Origin: Octopus sinensis
Lineage: Eukaryota
Reading direction: 5' to 3'
NCBI RefSeq assembly: GCF_006345805.1
Contig: NC_043004.1
Location: 42,470,001 to 42,534,000, forward strand
Length of the DNA stretch: 64,000 bases
Part shown: piece by piece, positions 1 to 12,260 of the stretch
Layout: the number at the start of each line of letters is the position of its first letter
Position numbering within the stretch: the stretch's first letter is position 1
Made by a program: the position numbers and the translations under genes
Notes under the pieces: model-generated
The model's input: only the letters and a program-made list of their open reading frames with translations
Databases searched by the model: none
Told to the model about the DNA's origin: nothing

Positions 1-763
1 CTTCGACAAGTGATGATGCAACTCTTTAATGTTGTAAAACAAAGAATTGTCATGATAAAACACTGTCAAACTTGGTGCATATGAAAATCGGACATTTCGT
101 TCTTAATGATCTGATATAAAATTCAACATGCTTCAATGTATTATGAAACTGTCTTTAGTGATATATTTATATGAAGTAGATGGATATATATCGTAGTCAA
201 AACAAGAAAGGAACTTCAAGATCAACAGGCACATAGAGATCAACTACCGAAACAAAAAATGTGAAAGTGAAAGCAACAGAAAACATATAATACGCTTTGT
301 ATCAAAATTGATTCGGATACAGGAAAAAGAGAAAGAGAGAAAGAGAGAGAGAGAGAGAAAAAGAAAGGGTAAAAGAGAGCGAGACAGACAGACAGACGGA
401 GGGCGAGGACAATTAGAGATAAAAGAAACGGTATAGTAATAGATAATTTCAGAAAAAAATAACTGAATGAAAGCAGCACATGAGAAAAATCATATAGTGA
501 CAAACAATATAGAAGGCAACGTATCAAAAATAAGAATAACATCTCAATTTAGACATGAAAGACTACATATATAACTACTTCATATACAACATCATAATAA
601 GACAAAAGTGCAAAACGTCTGAAGAAAACAATAGCCATAAACAAAGTAACCAGAACAATTCATGGTAAATAAAATCAGCCAAAATACCAATAGAAGAGTT
701 CTCACCTGAATCTCATAGTGGCGTCAACAATGAGACGACAAAATAATATGTACATATATACAT

Positions 764-799
<36 letters not shown>

Positions 800-993
800 G
801 TATGAAAATACAAACTGGAACAAAAACGCAAAACATTTAGGAGACGATATATATGCATATATATATATATATATATATTTATATACACATGTAGTAGAAT
901 TTTCTCTGATTTTTCCTATTTTCGTATGCTAGGCTACTGGTTTTAAATTGATATTAATTAAACTAATATTCAATTTATGTCCCTCATTACTTT

Positions 994-1083
<90 letters not shown>

Positions 1084-1854
1084 AGTGTGTGTGTGTGTTT
1101 GTGTGTATGTACCTATGTATATGTGTATCTGTGTATGTATACATAGGTTAACTATAAGATTGATGAAAATCTAAGCATATAAACAAGTAGGTAGCCAGGA
1201 CTGGTTGGGTACCATACCACTGAGTTCACACTAAGATGCAATAACCATTAGGTATCATTCTTTGGTAGTATACTGCAGTACTGCAGATATCTATGTGTTT
1301 ATGTATGTATGTATGTATGTATAGGACAGTTGTTCCCACAGCATTATATTCATGCATTCTTAGACCGATTCATAAAAAAAGTAATATACAATCCTCAGGT
1401 AAAATTTATGCACACCTAAAACAGGCAAAGCAAAAGTAGACCATGGGGTTTTCACCAAGTAACATGATGAAAAATTGATATTTTTAAAAAACCAACAATC
1501 GAAGCATTTGAGTATGTAACCATATATAATGCTTCAATAACACATTTGCATGTTGTAAATCAGTTGCCTAATCCACTAACGTTTGTGTGCATTCTCTAAT
1601 TTAGTTATGCATATCATGTAGGTCAGTAGGTATCATTTGATTAACATAGTACTTATATATAAAAGACCCCATAGTAAAAGGCCTCGTAATTACGCATTAT
1701 TATACTACTCTACTAAATCTTCATCTCATAGATAGTGGTATATTTCATAGTCCAATGTATGGCTTTCAAACTCAATGTCTGTTATTTATTTATTATATCT
1801 TTATTAACGTATTGCATCATATATTTTGTTTATAATCTATATCATATTATACAG

Positions 1855-2400
1855 TTCGTCATGGACTTATCGCCAGAATTGTTTCCGACCGTCTAGTCGT
1901 AAGTCGATTTGGTCGTACGTCGATTTGATCGTAAGTCGATTTGGTCGTAAGTTGGCGTATAGGCCTACATAACTTTGTCTTATATTTTTACTTTCTTAAG
2001 TTACATTCTTAGGTAAAAGTCGCACAGCCTTCTGTATTATACTATTATACTGGTATTAGTCAAAACTTTCAGAGTTTCAAGCAGTCATCTTATAAACAAC
2101 TACTTGGTTGCCTCTCCCTCTCCACGACAGGGTTGTCATTCAACATAGTGGCGACCGATAAACAAATCTACGAAAGCGTTTGTTAACTGACATCATCCAT
2201 AGAGGGGTTAATTTCTAAGAAATTAAATCCATTAGATTTCAACTGCACTATTTATTGTTACTGCTGGAAGCTGGCGCGCCAATCGTCGTAAAAGGTGGGA
2301 CCATGTTTGTAGAAGTGCATGGGTATATGGTTGAATATACCAAAATCGATCACGTCTATAAAGTAAATAAGATTGAAACTTGAAAAATATGATTGTTTTG
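1855..2400 (-). mobile_element. Possible degenerate Mutator (MULE)-like DNA transposon relic with terminal 16-bp tandem subrepeats
   Basis: The minus-strand translation ALLQTWSHLLRRLARQLPAVTINSAVE...NPS loosely resembles the MULE C-terminal 'W..Y....PRTNN.VEGWH...HPSLW' region. About 3.5 copies of GTCGTAAGTCGATTTG lie at 1896-1953. Confidence 0.3.
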
Positions 2401-2648
2401 ACCTCGTATTTCTTAGAATATTTGTTTACTAGTTCATTTTATCTATAAATTCCATTGTTCTGTTTTTAAAATACCACTTACTCTTCATGTTAGTTGGTAA
2501 AGAAATCACGTACTAGATTTATCTTGTCTATTTATACAGTTTAAATCTTTACCTGATAACGGTGCACTGTTGCTATGATGTAATCTAAGAATGCATCGAT
2601 AAAATGCTACCGAAACAAGTGTAGTATATTTGAAACCTCATTTTTATA

Positions 2649-2685
<37 letters not shown>

Positions 2686-2816
2686 CAACAAAAACAACAA
2701 CAATAGTGGCCTCTATACACAAATAAATAGTCTTTACTAATGCGGATTTAAGTACTCATTCTATTTGTTTGATATTTATACACACACACACACATGTATT
2801 TTTGTGTATAAATTAA

Positions 2817-3500
2817 TACGTAAGAGGTAGTATAAAAAAGCTATTTACTTAAATTTTAAGATAATTTTCTTCGAAATGCTCCCCTTGTGCAGCAATACAC
2901 GGGACCAGCACTCCAGCCACATTTAGAATCCAGCCTGGAAGTCTTTTTTCCATAAGCCAGTCGAGGACCTTCTGCGATTCGACCTGGATCTCCACAGCGA
3001 TATTTGTTTTGCGTTTTCATCATGGGGAAGAGAGGGAAATCCGCAGGTGCTAAATCTAACGAAGATGGTGGTTGCCGAAGCGATGCCATGTTGATTTTGG
3101 CAAGAAAATCACGAGCGAGGAGAGCTCAGTGACAGGATGCATTGACGTCATAAATAATCCAATAATTACCGATCCACGGATCCTGTAGCTTTTGCCGAAT
3201 CTCCTCCCTCAAACGTTTCAAAACGTTGTTGATCGTCCTCCAATGGCCCACATGCACAAGCTGATGCATTTTCCCTACGTTTGCGGGTGGGAAGCTCGTT
3301 GTATGTCTTTCAGATCGCCCATCGTCTTCCAAGGATGTTGTTACGCTTCTGAAGCGCCCGTACCACACAGGTCATTTCTCACGACATATTGCGACGTCAC
3401 CGTAAGCTTCCCGAAGCTTGCTCATTGACTCTGTAGCATATTTTCCAAGTTTAACGCAAAATTTCACATCGGCTCTTTCTTCCAACTCCCTGTCCATGAC
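2817..3500 (-). pseudogene. Mariner (Tc1/mariner) transposase pseudogene with an internal deletion
   Basis: From ATG at 3497 the minus strand reads MDRELEERADVKFCVKLGKYATESMSKLREAYGD..., then WYGRFRSVTTSLEDDGRSERH, then VLKRLREEIRQK...W, then PPSSLDLAPADFPLFP (YSPDLAP-type motif) and AAQGEHFEE to a stop near 2849. It has frameshifts and stops, and the WVPHEL/first catalytic D region is missing at about 3225. Confidence 0.9.
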
Positions 3501-3915
3501 AAAAATCGCAGACTACAGCATACACGTGTTGATAGAGGCAAATTTCGCAACTTTTGAAGTAAACACTGTGATGTCACTCGCCACAATGCCTCATGAAGGT
3601 CACTGGTAGCTATCGCGGCGCACGCAACCGTGTACTGCTGTGTGTGTGTATGTGTGTGTGTGTGTGTGTATGTGTGTGTGTGTGTGTGTATGTGTGTGTG
3701 TTTGTGTATGTTCGTGCGGAAGATGAACTTATATCTACACATATATGTTTGGTGCATTCTTGTACACTTAGTGTAATCAATTACGACTACTGATCTGTAG
3801 AATTAATTATTGAAAAATGTCAGAGCCTATTTTCGGAAATCTTTAACAAGTACAATACTGATACGCGCTAGAATCAACCGCAATGTTTGTTTCTTTAACA
3901 GTTGATAACGGTTTT

Positions 3916-3916
<1 letters not shown>

Positions 3917-4010
<94 letters not shown>
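3917..4010. repeat. (TCTA)n microsatellite
   Basis: Pure tandem TCTA. Similar tracts occur at about 5381-5535, 14072-14300, 34600-34970 and 54080-54265. Confidence 0.95.
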
Positions 4011-4254
4011 CATTTGTCTGTCTGTCAGTCTGTCTGGCTCTATATCTGTCTGTCCATCTATCTAGCTTTCTATGTATCTATGTATCTATCTATGTGCCTG
4101 TCTGTGTGTTTGTCTATCCATATTTGTATATGTGTGTGCTTGTATGTGTGAACAGAGAGAAAGTGAGATATGTATAACCTATACATACATGCCCGCAAAC
4201 AATCACCCACAGGCACAAACGGTCATTCTCAATTAGAGAGCTTACATAGGATCC

Positions 4255-5310
4255 ACAATATTTTATACTTCCAGTTCGACGTTGAACACCCTGCTGCAAA
4301 TAGCTCGCTAATCCTCTTGGATTTCAACATACCTCGGAGTATGCAGCGATCCACTAGATCGTGAAGGAGGCGAAGAAAAATACCTTCCTCTACACAGATT
4401 CGGCATTGACCGAGGCGTTGAATTACAACGAGTCCTTTAACAAATTCATGCACCGCAGAAGCAGATGTGACGAGGCCGAAATAAAGAAATTTGTATGCAT
4501 GTATTTCAATAAGATGTTGTATCTAGGAGGGTAACAAATCACGCTTCGTAGAGAAAGTGAGTGACACTCTAAGTACACCTATACAATTCAGCCACGAGGG
4601 AACATCAACAACTAGAACATGAACAAAGCAACAACAACCGCCATAGTGACCACTGCAACAACAGCACCTACAAAAACGACAGCCGCAGCGACAAGAACAT
4701 CAACAACATCGATATCAATAGAATTGGAGAAACGGAAAAGTAAATAATTGTCTACATTAGTTTACTTTACTACGGAGATACGGTAGAGAACTAGTTAAAA
4801 CAACCACAAGAGATCTTGTTCTGCTTCAGAATCGCGAAACGTGGTAACGCGCTCAGACACTACCAATCACACGCCAAAATACACCGGAAGCATGCTGCCC
4901 AAACCACACTCTAATCAAAACAACGCAAATAGCGCACATCGTCCAGCTGCTTTCAATCTTACATGGTATACAATCTGACGTGCTTTTATGGAGAGACAAA
5001 TAATTTCCAAAGAAGATATCTACACCTTAGTGTAAATGTATATCTTCCCAAGGCTACCTCACCAAAGCCTTGTTCAACACGACCAGCAATGTGGTGGGGA
5101 CCCATCCACACGGATACTGGCGGGTGGAGATGGATGTAGTCAACTTCAGAATTACAAAGGCACGCTGTGTTAGGAAGAAGACACAAATGCTTAAGGGCAT
5201 AATGAGTTGGCTGAGGGATAGTGCATCTGCTGTATCTAGAATCGACAACCGGCACAAGCAACATCCATTATCAACTAAAAACAGTGGAGAACGCGTGATG
5301 CATCATTGAT
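4255..5310 (+). mobile_element. Penelope-like element relic (end of RT plus GIY-YIG endonuclease)
   Basis: Reading across frames gives QFDVEHPAANSSLILLDFNI (PLE RT motif resembling 'FEIE...SLSLLD'), KEAKKNTFLYTDSAL (thumb) and CFQSYMVYNLTCFYGETNNFQRRYLH (GIY-YIG-like 'VY...C...YxGET..L..R..EH'). Heavily frameshifted. Confidence 0.55.
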
Positions 5311-5379
5311 TCGAAAGAGCTAAAAAAATAAAGTTTAACGCCCAACAAGCCACACGCCACATGTATGCTTAAATACCAT

Positions 5380-5536
<157 letters not shown>

Positions 5537-5569
5537 GTCTGTCTATCTTTTATCTCTCTCTCTCTCTCA

Positions 5570-5601
<32 letters not shown>

Positions 5602-8107
5602 CTGTCTATCTATATGTATGCGTGTGTGAATGTGTGCATATATGTACACACACACATATAGGCAACCAAATTCATAGATCAATATATATTCACAGAAACG
5701 TGCATTCACACACGCAAACACACAACCGCGTGCACACAGATATACCTACATATGTATTGATATATACATATATGTACATGTAATTTTCTTTGTGTATATG
5801 TATAATTATATATGAAATATTAGCGTCCATTTGTCTCGTAAATAGCAGGGGCAATCTCTAGAGAGCTAGAATCTCGAGTGCTTGTATGGAAATTATTGTC
5901 GCTGCCATAGGAATACAGACTTTCTCTAATAAACATACAGAAGAAATAGACAGAAAAACACATAGACTCGTTCACATAAATATACACTTGTGCATGCAAA
6001 CTCACGCACGTGATTCCCCAAATAAAAGAGCACTGTTTATTTATATTGATTATTATAACGATAAACAAGAGGCATACACCCTCACATACACACAAAGACA
6101 CGCACATCCACGAATATTTGTGCATCTTTCTTCTTCATGTGTATGTTTATGCTGTATATCCACGCTTGTATGTGTTTGCGTTTGTTTGTGTGCTTTGGGT
6201 TGTAGAGCAAATTGCTATTGTGATAGAATATACAAATATAATTGGAATTTAAAATAAAATTGCGTTCATTTATATGTCCATTTTCATAATGACATTTTTC
6301 ACTTGAATATCTTCTATTGTTAAAATGTAAATGAAATGTAGCATATAATTGGAGTATACATTTTCTGCTTTATTACATCTTAATAGAATCAGGACCTGGA
6401 AAATCTGATTCTATTGTAAGTTTCTAAGCCACATTAAAATAAAATGTATGGAAACCATTATGCATGTAAACTATAAAATGAAATATATTCTCCATACAAA
6501 TGCTAGGGTTTAACTAGAAAGAAACAGTGGTTGCATTTTCAGTAATATTTGCTAACAAATTTAGTATCTGACTTTGAGTAAGGTATTACTCACAAACTGG
6601 TAGCTATCGTGAAATTGCTATCGTGTTCTTCGAGTTTGAATGATCTGGGGGACAAGCACTTGTTACTTTGTTCCGGACCCTATCGACCGTTTATTTGAGG
6701 ATAAATGCCAAGTGAAATTCTTCAGAGATTGCTATGATTGATTATGTAGTAAGGTTTGATGGAACTGCCCGTAAGTCGGAGAGCGATAGTTAAATCAAGT
6801 TCTACCTCTTACCCACCAACTTAGTAATGTGTATGGTGGACAGCCTCGATTGACTCTAGATAATGGTTCCCTGCATCATATCATTTATATACCGCTTAGA
6901 TGTTTCTACACCTCCTGTTTTCTACGTGAGCACGAATGCTCAACTGTCACTCTGTTGGCAAAGTCAATCATCATCAACATTGTCATCATCTTCTTCCTCC
7001 TCCTCATCATCGTTCGGTTTTGTTTTTGCTCTTTCCCTCCTTCTCTTCATACCTCCACCGCTCCACCTACCCTCGTCTTCCTGCTCCTCCTACTGCTGCT
7101 GCCCCTCCCCCTCCTTTTTTCTTCTTCGTCTTTACTCTCACGTTATTGATTGTGTATCCCTTTAATCTATATTTCCTACCGAACCTTAGCTCTCAGTCTA
7201 GGATTAAGACAGTTTTGTATTTTCTGTATAAGATTCTTCTGCATTTCATATTTGTTTATTTACTTTATTTACTTTGTTTATTTAGGGCTTGCCTGCTATG
7301 TCTTGCTACATCTAGAAGACATGGTTCAGCACCGCACCAACACATTTCAATGAGATTTTCCAAGATTTGTTCTCAAATTTATTGTCACTGTTCTATGCAC
7401 CCGCGAAAATATTTCACAGGAAGATGATATTATGAATATTTTTGTTTCAGTATTTAAGGATTTGTTCTTCAAGCTTATATAATGCTTCTTTACTCTTTTT
7501 TCACTTTCATTTCTTTAAACTGGTATCAAATGATAATACAACGGATATAATAACTGGCCTGTTATGAAATATACCATACATTCTGTTTATATATAAGAAA
7601 ACTTCCACAACAGCATTGCATCATAGTTTTGGAGATCTTACATTTCGATTAGAAATTGGCATAGATTTTTGTTTCTGTACATGTCATGCCAAACTTTTTA
7701 AGAATGCTAGTGAATTACAGTAGTGTAACAGCTGTCTTATGTCTAACCGTTTGTATATAAATTCAGCTAATTGTGGACATTCCGGTAAAATTCTATGGAC
7801 AATCTCTTCTGAATCATCGTACATTCTACATTCAATTGAACAGACTAGGTAATCTGTTATTATGCATCATTAGGGCCCGTTTCCCTGCTGTAAAAGAATT
7901 CTCTCTTTCCCCAGTTGATTTCGTTTTTTATAGCGTTCTCTCCTGGTCCCCATTTCTCTAATTTGTTGTTTTGAAAAATATTGAGTGAGGCTTCTCTCAT
8001 TCAAAGATGATTACCTATTTTCCATATTCCCCATATTTTCTTTTCAGTTTTGCTCTCTATATAGTCTGTAAATATTCCTTCCTTTATCAACTCCATAGAT
8101 TGCGTAT

Positions 8108-8490
8108 GTGGAGGCGCAATGGCCTAGTGGTTAGGGCAACGGACTCGCGGTCATAGGATCGTGGTTTCGATTCCCAGACCGGGCGTTGTGAGTGTTTATT
8201 GAGCGAAAACACCTAAAAGCTCCAGCGAGGCTCCGGCAGGGGATGGTGGTGATCCCTGCTGTACTCTTTCACCACAACTTTCTCTCACTCTTACTTCCTG
8301 TTTCTGTTGTACCTGTATTTCAAGGGGCCGGCCTTGTCACTCTCTGTGTCACGCTGAATATCCATGAGAACTACGTTAAGGGTGCACGTGTCTGTGGAGT
8401 GCTCAGCCACTTACACGTTAATTTCACGAGCAGGCTGTTCCGTTGATTCGGATCAACCGGAACCCTCATCGTCGTAACCGACGGAGTGCT
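8108..8490 (+). mobile_element. tRNA-derived SINE, family B, full length
   Basis: A box TGGCCTAGTGG and B box GTTTCGATTCC. 16-bp TSD TCCA(T/C)AGATTGCGTAT at 8092-8107 and 8491-8506. Homologous to copies at 48664 and 55181. Confidence 0.9.
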
Positions 8491-9078
8491 TCCACAGATT
8501 GCGTATATTCTTTTATCCTTCTTCATACAAACGCTACACCCGACTTCTCTAGATATGCTAACTCTTCGACACTCATTATCACTCTTCGTATTTCTCCTTT
8601 CAAGTATCTTTTATCCTAATCTGATTGGAAGTATAATTAAATGTATTGAGACGCTACTTATTCTCACACTATTTCTGTGTAAGATTTCCTGTTCTATAAC
8701 ATATTAATGACACGGCTCTCATGTTGATCGCTTATACGTTGATTCATGCAGTAAATTTGGATTTCAAAATCTATTTTCTGCTAATTAATCTTTACTAGGT
8801 ACTTGCTTCATTTCTTTGTATTTACATTTATAGGTTCGTCTATACCACTATTTTTTTAATGGATATTCTGTATCTCGATCACACTACACTGCTCGATTTC
8901 GAAAACCATCCCGATATCTCTACTAAATATGCTTACGATTTGCTCCGCGGTGTTTTCTCGGTCTAATGTTTGTGGTAAACCATTAAAACATTTTGAAATA
9001 GATGAATTGCCTTCATCTCTTTTTCCCCGGTGGCTTTCTTTCCTCATTTGCTTAATAGTAACAACAACGGTACCGGTA

Positions 9079-9547
9079 GTGGAGGCACATGGCCTAGTGG
9101 TTAGAGCAGCGGACTCGGCATTGCGGGTTCGAATCTCAGACCGAGCGATGTGTGCGTTTATGAGCGAAACACCTAAGCTCCACGTGGCTCCGGCAGAAGG
9201 TAATGGCGAACTTCTGCTGACTCTTTCACCACAACTTTGGTGGAGGCCCATGGCCTAGTGGTTAATGCGACGGACTCGCGGTCGAGGGATCGCAGGTTCG
9301 AATCTCAGACCGAGTGATGTGTGTGTTTATGAGCGAAATATCTAAGCTCCACGCGGCTCCAGCAGAAGGTAATGGCGAAACTTCTGCTGACTCTTTCGCC
9401 ACAACTTTCTCTCACTCTTTCCTCCTGCATCTTGCAGCTCACCTGCGACGGACCGGCGTCCCGTCCAGGTGGGGAACCTATGCGCCAAGAAACCGGGAAA
9501 CCGGCCCTTATGTGCCAGGTACGGCTCCAGAAGGAACAAAAAAAGAA
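9079..9547 (+). mobile_element. Head-to-tail dimeric tRNA-SINE with a family-B-like head and a different 3' tail
   Basis: Two tRNA-like heads (about 9079 and 9240), each with TGGCCTAGTGG and GGTTCGAATC. Ends in an A-rich tail. A single 14-bp TSD AACGGTACC(G/A)GTAG lies at 9066-9079 and 9548-9561. Confidence 0.88.
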
Positions 9548-9904
9548 AACGGTACCAGTAGGGTTACAAACAAAATAATCGAATAACTGCCCCCTCGAAA
9601 GATTTCTTTGTTTAGCGATATATTTGATAATCTTTCGTCTCTTGATGTTAATTGCTGTCTCTAATGTCACCTTACATGTTATAACAGGGACATAAAGTAT
9701 TTGATGTCTTAATACACGACCCTACTGTATTTTGGAAAACCTTGTTGCACATCAAGGATATTTTTTCGGTTTCTTACTGTAACAGTTGGTGTTCCACTTC
9801 TGATAATAGCACCTTATGACGTGCCAAAAATGGTTAGTAGATACGTTATTTGAGGAGGTTTTTTTTCATTTTGCTTTGTCATCCAGTGCTAAGTAGGTTG
9901 TTAC

Positions 9905-9920
9905 ATTGTTGTTGTTGTTA

Positions 9921-9987
<67 letters not shown>

Positions 9988-10020
9988 CATCATCATCATC
10001 ATCATTATTGTTGTTGTTGT
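9905..10020. repeat. (TTG)/(TTA)n/(ATC) compound microsatellite
   Basis: Directly visible tandem trinucleotides. Confidence 0.95.
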
Positions 10021-10049
10021 CTCGTTCTTACAATTAGCAGAGCTGTGAT

Positions 10050-11080
10050 CAAAGGAATTGTATTATATCACATCCGCCATTGGACAAGGAGAAAAGTGAT
10101 TTATATTTATGTTATGAGAAGAAGAAAGTTATCCTCCATAACATGAAAAAACTAATTAAGCAAGACAGTACAAAATTTGGGCGAGTGCCTTCCGTTGTAA
10201 TATATATATCTAGCCTTCAGGGACAAAGAGAAAGTTGTTATGAAAACAAAATATGTACACAAAGCACACGGCTACAAAACAGTGTTTGTTCTAAAATTCG
10301 ATGACGTAAGTTCAATACTGGCCGGCTTTTCACTGTTTTTAGTCAATAAAAAAGAATTGGTAGAACTCAAGGTTTAATAAGGCGGCGAGCTGGCCGAAAC
10401 ATTAGCATGCCGGGCGAAATGCGCAGCCGTATTTCGTCTGCCGTTACGTTCTGAGATCAAATTCCGCCGAGGTCGACTCTGCCTTTCATCCTTTCGGGGT
10501 CGATTAAATAAGTACCAGTTACGCACTACGGTCGATGCAATCGACTTAATTCCTTTGTCTGTCCTTGTTTGTCCCCTCTATGTTTAGCCCCTTGTGGGCA
10601 ATGAAGAAATAAGAACTCAAGGTGTAACACTAGGAGCTGGCACCTACAATGCATTTAGCAAAGTCTGTTTTGTTGCTAGTATTCGCTTTATTTGCACCTA
10701 CCTCGAGGTACTTTGGGAAGGAGCCAGATTACTACTTCCGATCTCGAATGAAAGATGGACGTTGACCAAATCGGACGGTGTTAATCACCAAAAGGAATGA
10801 TATGGTGTCTGAAGAATTTAGTATGGATCTGCATGTACTACAAAGCCATGCCAAAAATATGCCCTTTCGGATGCTTATCCTGAGGCCGTACGATTGATAG
10901 TGCAGAATAGAAAGCTCAAGTGTTACACTCATGATAGGAAATGTTATCTGATCGCAATAGCTTCCGCTTTAAAAATGTGATCCTTAGTAGTCGATGAGAC
11001 GGAACCTTGCTCTGCCTTCAAAGCGACCAGCCAACCTTGAGCTTGTGAATGGTCGGAAGCAAGCATCTAAACAATGTTGT
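10050..11080 (-). mobile_element. Possible highly degenerate RTE-type LINE relic, interrupted by a SINE
   Basis: Weak minus-strand matches: KAEQGSVSST (like 'VKQGCVLSPT'), QSYGLRISIRK (like 'FGLTISIKKT') and a GRP-like 3' motif near 10185. Confidence 0.3.
10379..10613 (+). mobile_element. tRNA-derived SINE, family A
   Basis: GGCGGCGAGCTGGC head, B-box-like GAGATCAAATTCC, core GCCTTTCATCCTTTCGGGGTCGAT and tail CCCCTTGTGGG..AAGAAATA. High identity to the copies at 11934, 14877 and 59607. Confidence 0.92.
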
Positions 11081-11201
11081 TTGATGGTTTCTCTTATAAA
11101 GCGACCTTGTAAAAATCTAGTGAAACACATTCGTATATAAATACACACAAATTTGTTTATAGAAGGAATGATTGAGCTGTTATGTGTGTGTGTGTGTGTG
11201 T

Positions 11202-11238
<37 letters not shown>

Positions 11239-11825
11239 ACGAAAGAAGGGGTCAACGGAAAGAATAACATACGTCTGCATTAAAAATTCAAATGAAAGAA
11301 AATAATTCGAAAATACACCCATAACAGATTTCTGAATCTCTTTAGAATGAGAAAAATCCTTTAAATCATAAACGCTTGTTTATGGAAGTGTATGGGTTAC
11401 AATATTACGTAGACGAACCGTTTTAAATACCTATTCTCTAATTTCAGTCGCTTGTGAGACTAATAGAATATTCAGAACGTTAAGTGATTATAGTATTTAT
11501 TGGCAAGCATAAAAAGTGAGCAAATGGCATTAAATGCAAATGTTGAACTTATATTAAACGCTAAAATGTCGTTAAATATCTTTAATGTGTCTTAGAGCGG
11601 GAACAATAAAAAGTAGAGGCACAGCTGATGTTTCTATTAAACTTAAAAATCGATAGATGCATCTTAGATTAGGAAGGAAAGAAGCAAGAACTGTCAAAGA
11701 AAGAAGCGCAACTAATTATTAAGTAAACATTTCGTAAAACTTCACACTATTGAGAGAAAAGAAGCCACTTCACAAATCTATAGAACTGGATTTCTTTTCT
11801 GGTACTTGGACAGTAAAAACTAATA

Positions 11826-12260
11826 TCTATTATATAAAATCCGTTCTGTCTGTGTGTGTGTGTGTCTTCTAGGATCTCGGGCATCCTCCTTCCGATTGCG
11901 CTCAAATTTGATATGGAGATACCGACGGTATCAAGGCGGTGAGCTGGCAGAAAGGTTAGCACGCCGGGCTAAATGCGTAGCCGTATTTCGTCTGCCGCTA
12001 CGTTCTGAGTTCAAATTCCGCCGAGGTTGACTTTGCCTTTCATCCTTTCGGGGTCGATAAATTAAGTACTGGGGTCGATGTAATCGACTTAATCCGTTTG
12101 TCTATCCTTGTTTTTACCCTCTGTGTTTAGCCCCTTGTGGGTAGTAAAGAAATAGGTATCAAGGCGTGTATAAATCTTGAAAAAAATACAAAATTCGATT
12201 CCAGGTGAGAATTCGATCGATAAAGCCGCTTTTGTCCTGCTCTTCTTCCGTCAACCTGTA
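11826..12260 (+). mobile_element. Non-autonomous Helitron/DINE-like element 5' end, with an inserted SINE
   Basis: Starts A|TCTATTATATAAAA, followed by a (TGTC)/(TG) microsatellite and CCGATTGCGCTCAAATTTG. This layout is typical of DINE-1/Lep1-like non-autonomous Helitrons. The 3' CTRR end and hairpin were not located. Confidence 0.4.
11934..12154 (+). mobile_element. tRNA-derived SINE, family A
   Basis: B box GAGTTCAAATTCC. 12-bp TSD GGTATCAAGGCG at 11927-11938 and 12155-12166. Confidence 0.93.

Larger units (their letters stand above)
7250..9800 (-). mobile_element. Old R4/Dong-clade non-LTR retrotransposon (RT, CCHC knuckle and restriction-like endonuclease), interrupted by two SINE insertions
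   Basis: Collinear minus-strand motifs: KEIFRGGSYSIILFVTLLVP (like 'GIFQGDSLSPLLF'), IFSRDIGMVFEIEQCSV, ILKSKF...AINMRAVSLICY, YLKGEIRRVIMSVEE, ECRMYDDSEEIVHRILPECPQLA (Zn knuckle), LLW...HNRPVII and CLLDVARHSRQAL. Many stops and frameshifts. Confidence 0.8.

Noticed and set aside
1896-1953. Short direct repeats as a CRISPR array
   Set aside because: The units are contiguous with no unique spacers, there are no cas genes, and the context is eukaryotic.
5070-5309. 79-aa ORF as a host gene
   Set aside because: It lies within the 3' part of the Penelope-like relic, directly after the GIY-YIG-like motif, and has no splice or homology support.
7680-7710. KVWHD on the minus strand suggesting a Jockey/CR1 RT
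   Set aside because: The surrounding collinear motifs (CCHC knuckle, HNRP, terminal LL..AR) show this is the R4/Dong endonuclease region, so the match is coincidental.
8108-8185. tRNA-like sequences at SINE 5' ends (also at 9079, 21274, 48664 and others)
   Set aside because: They have A/B boxes but no complete cloverleaf or Pol III terminator, and they continue into repeat bodies with TSDs. They are SINE heads, not tRNA genes.
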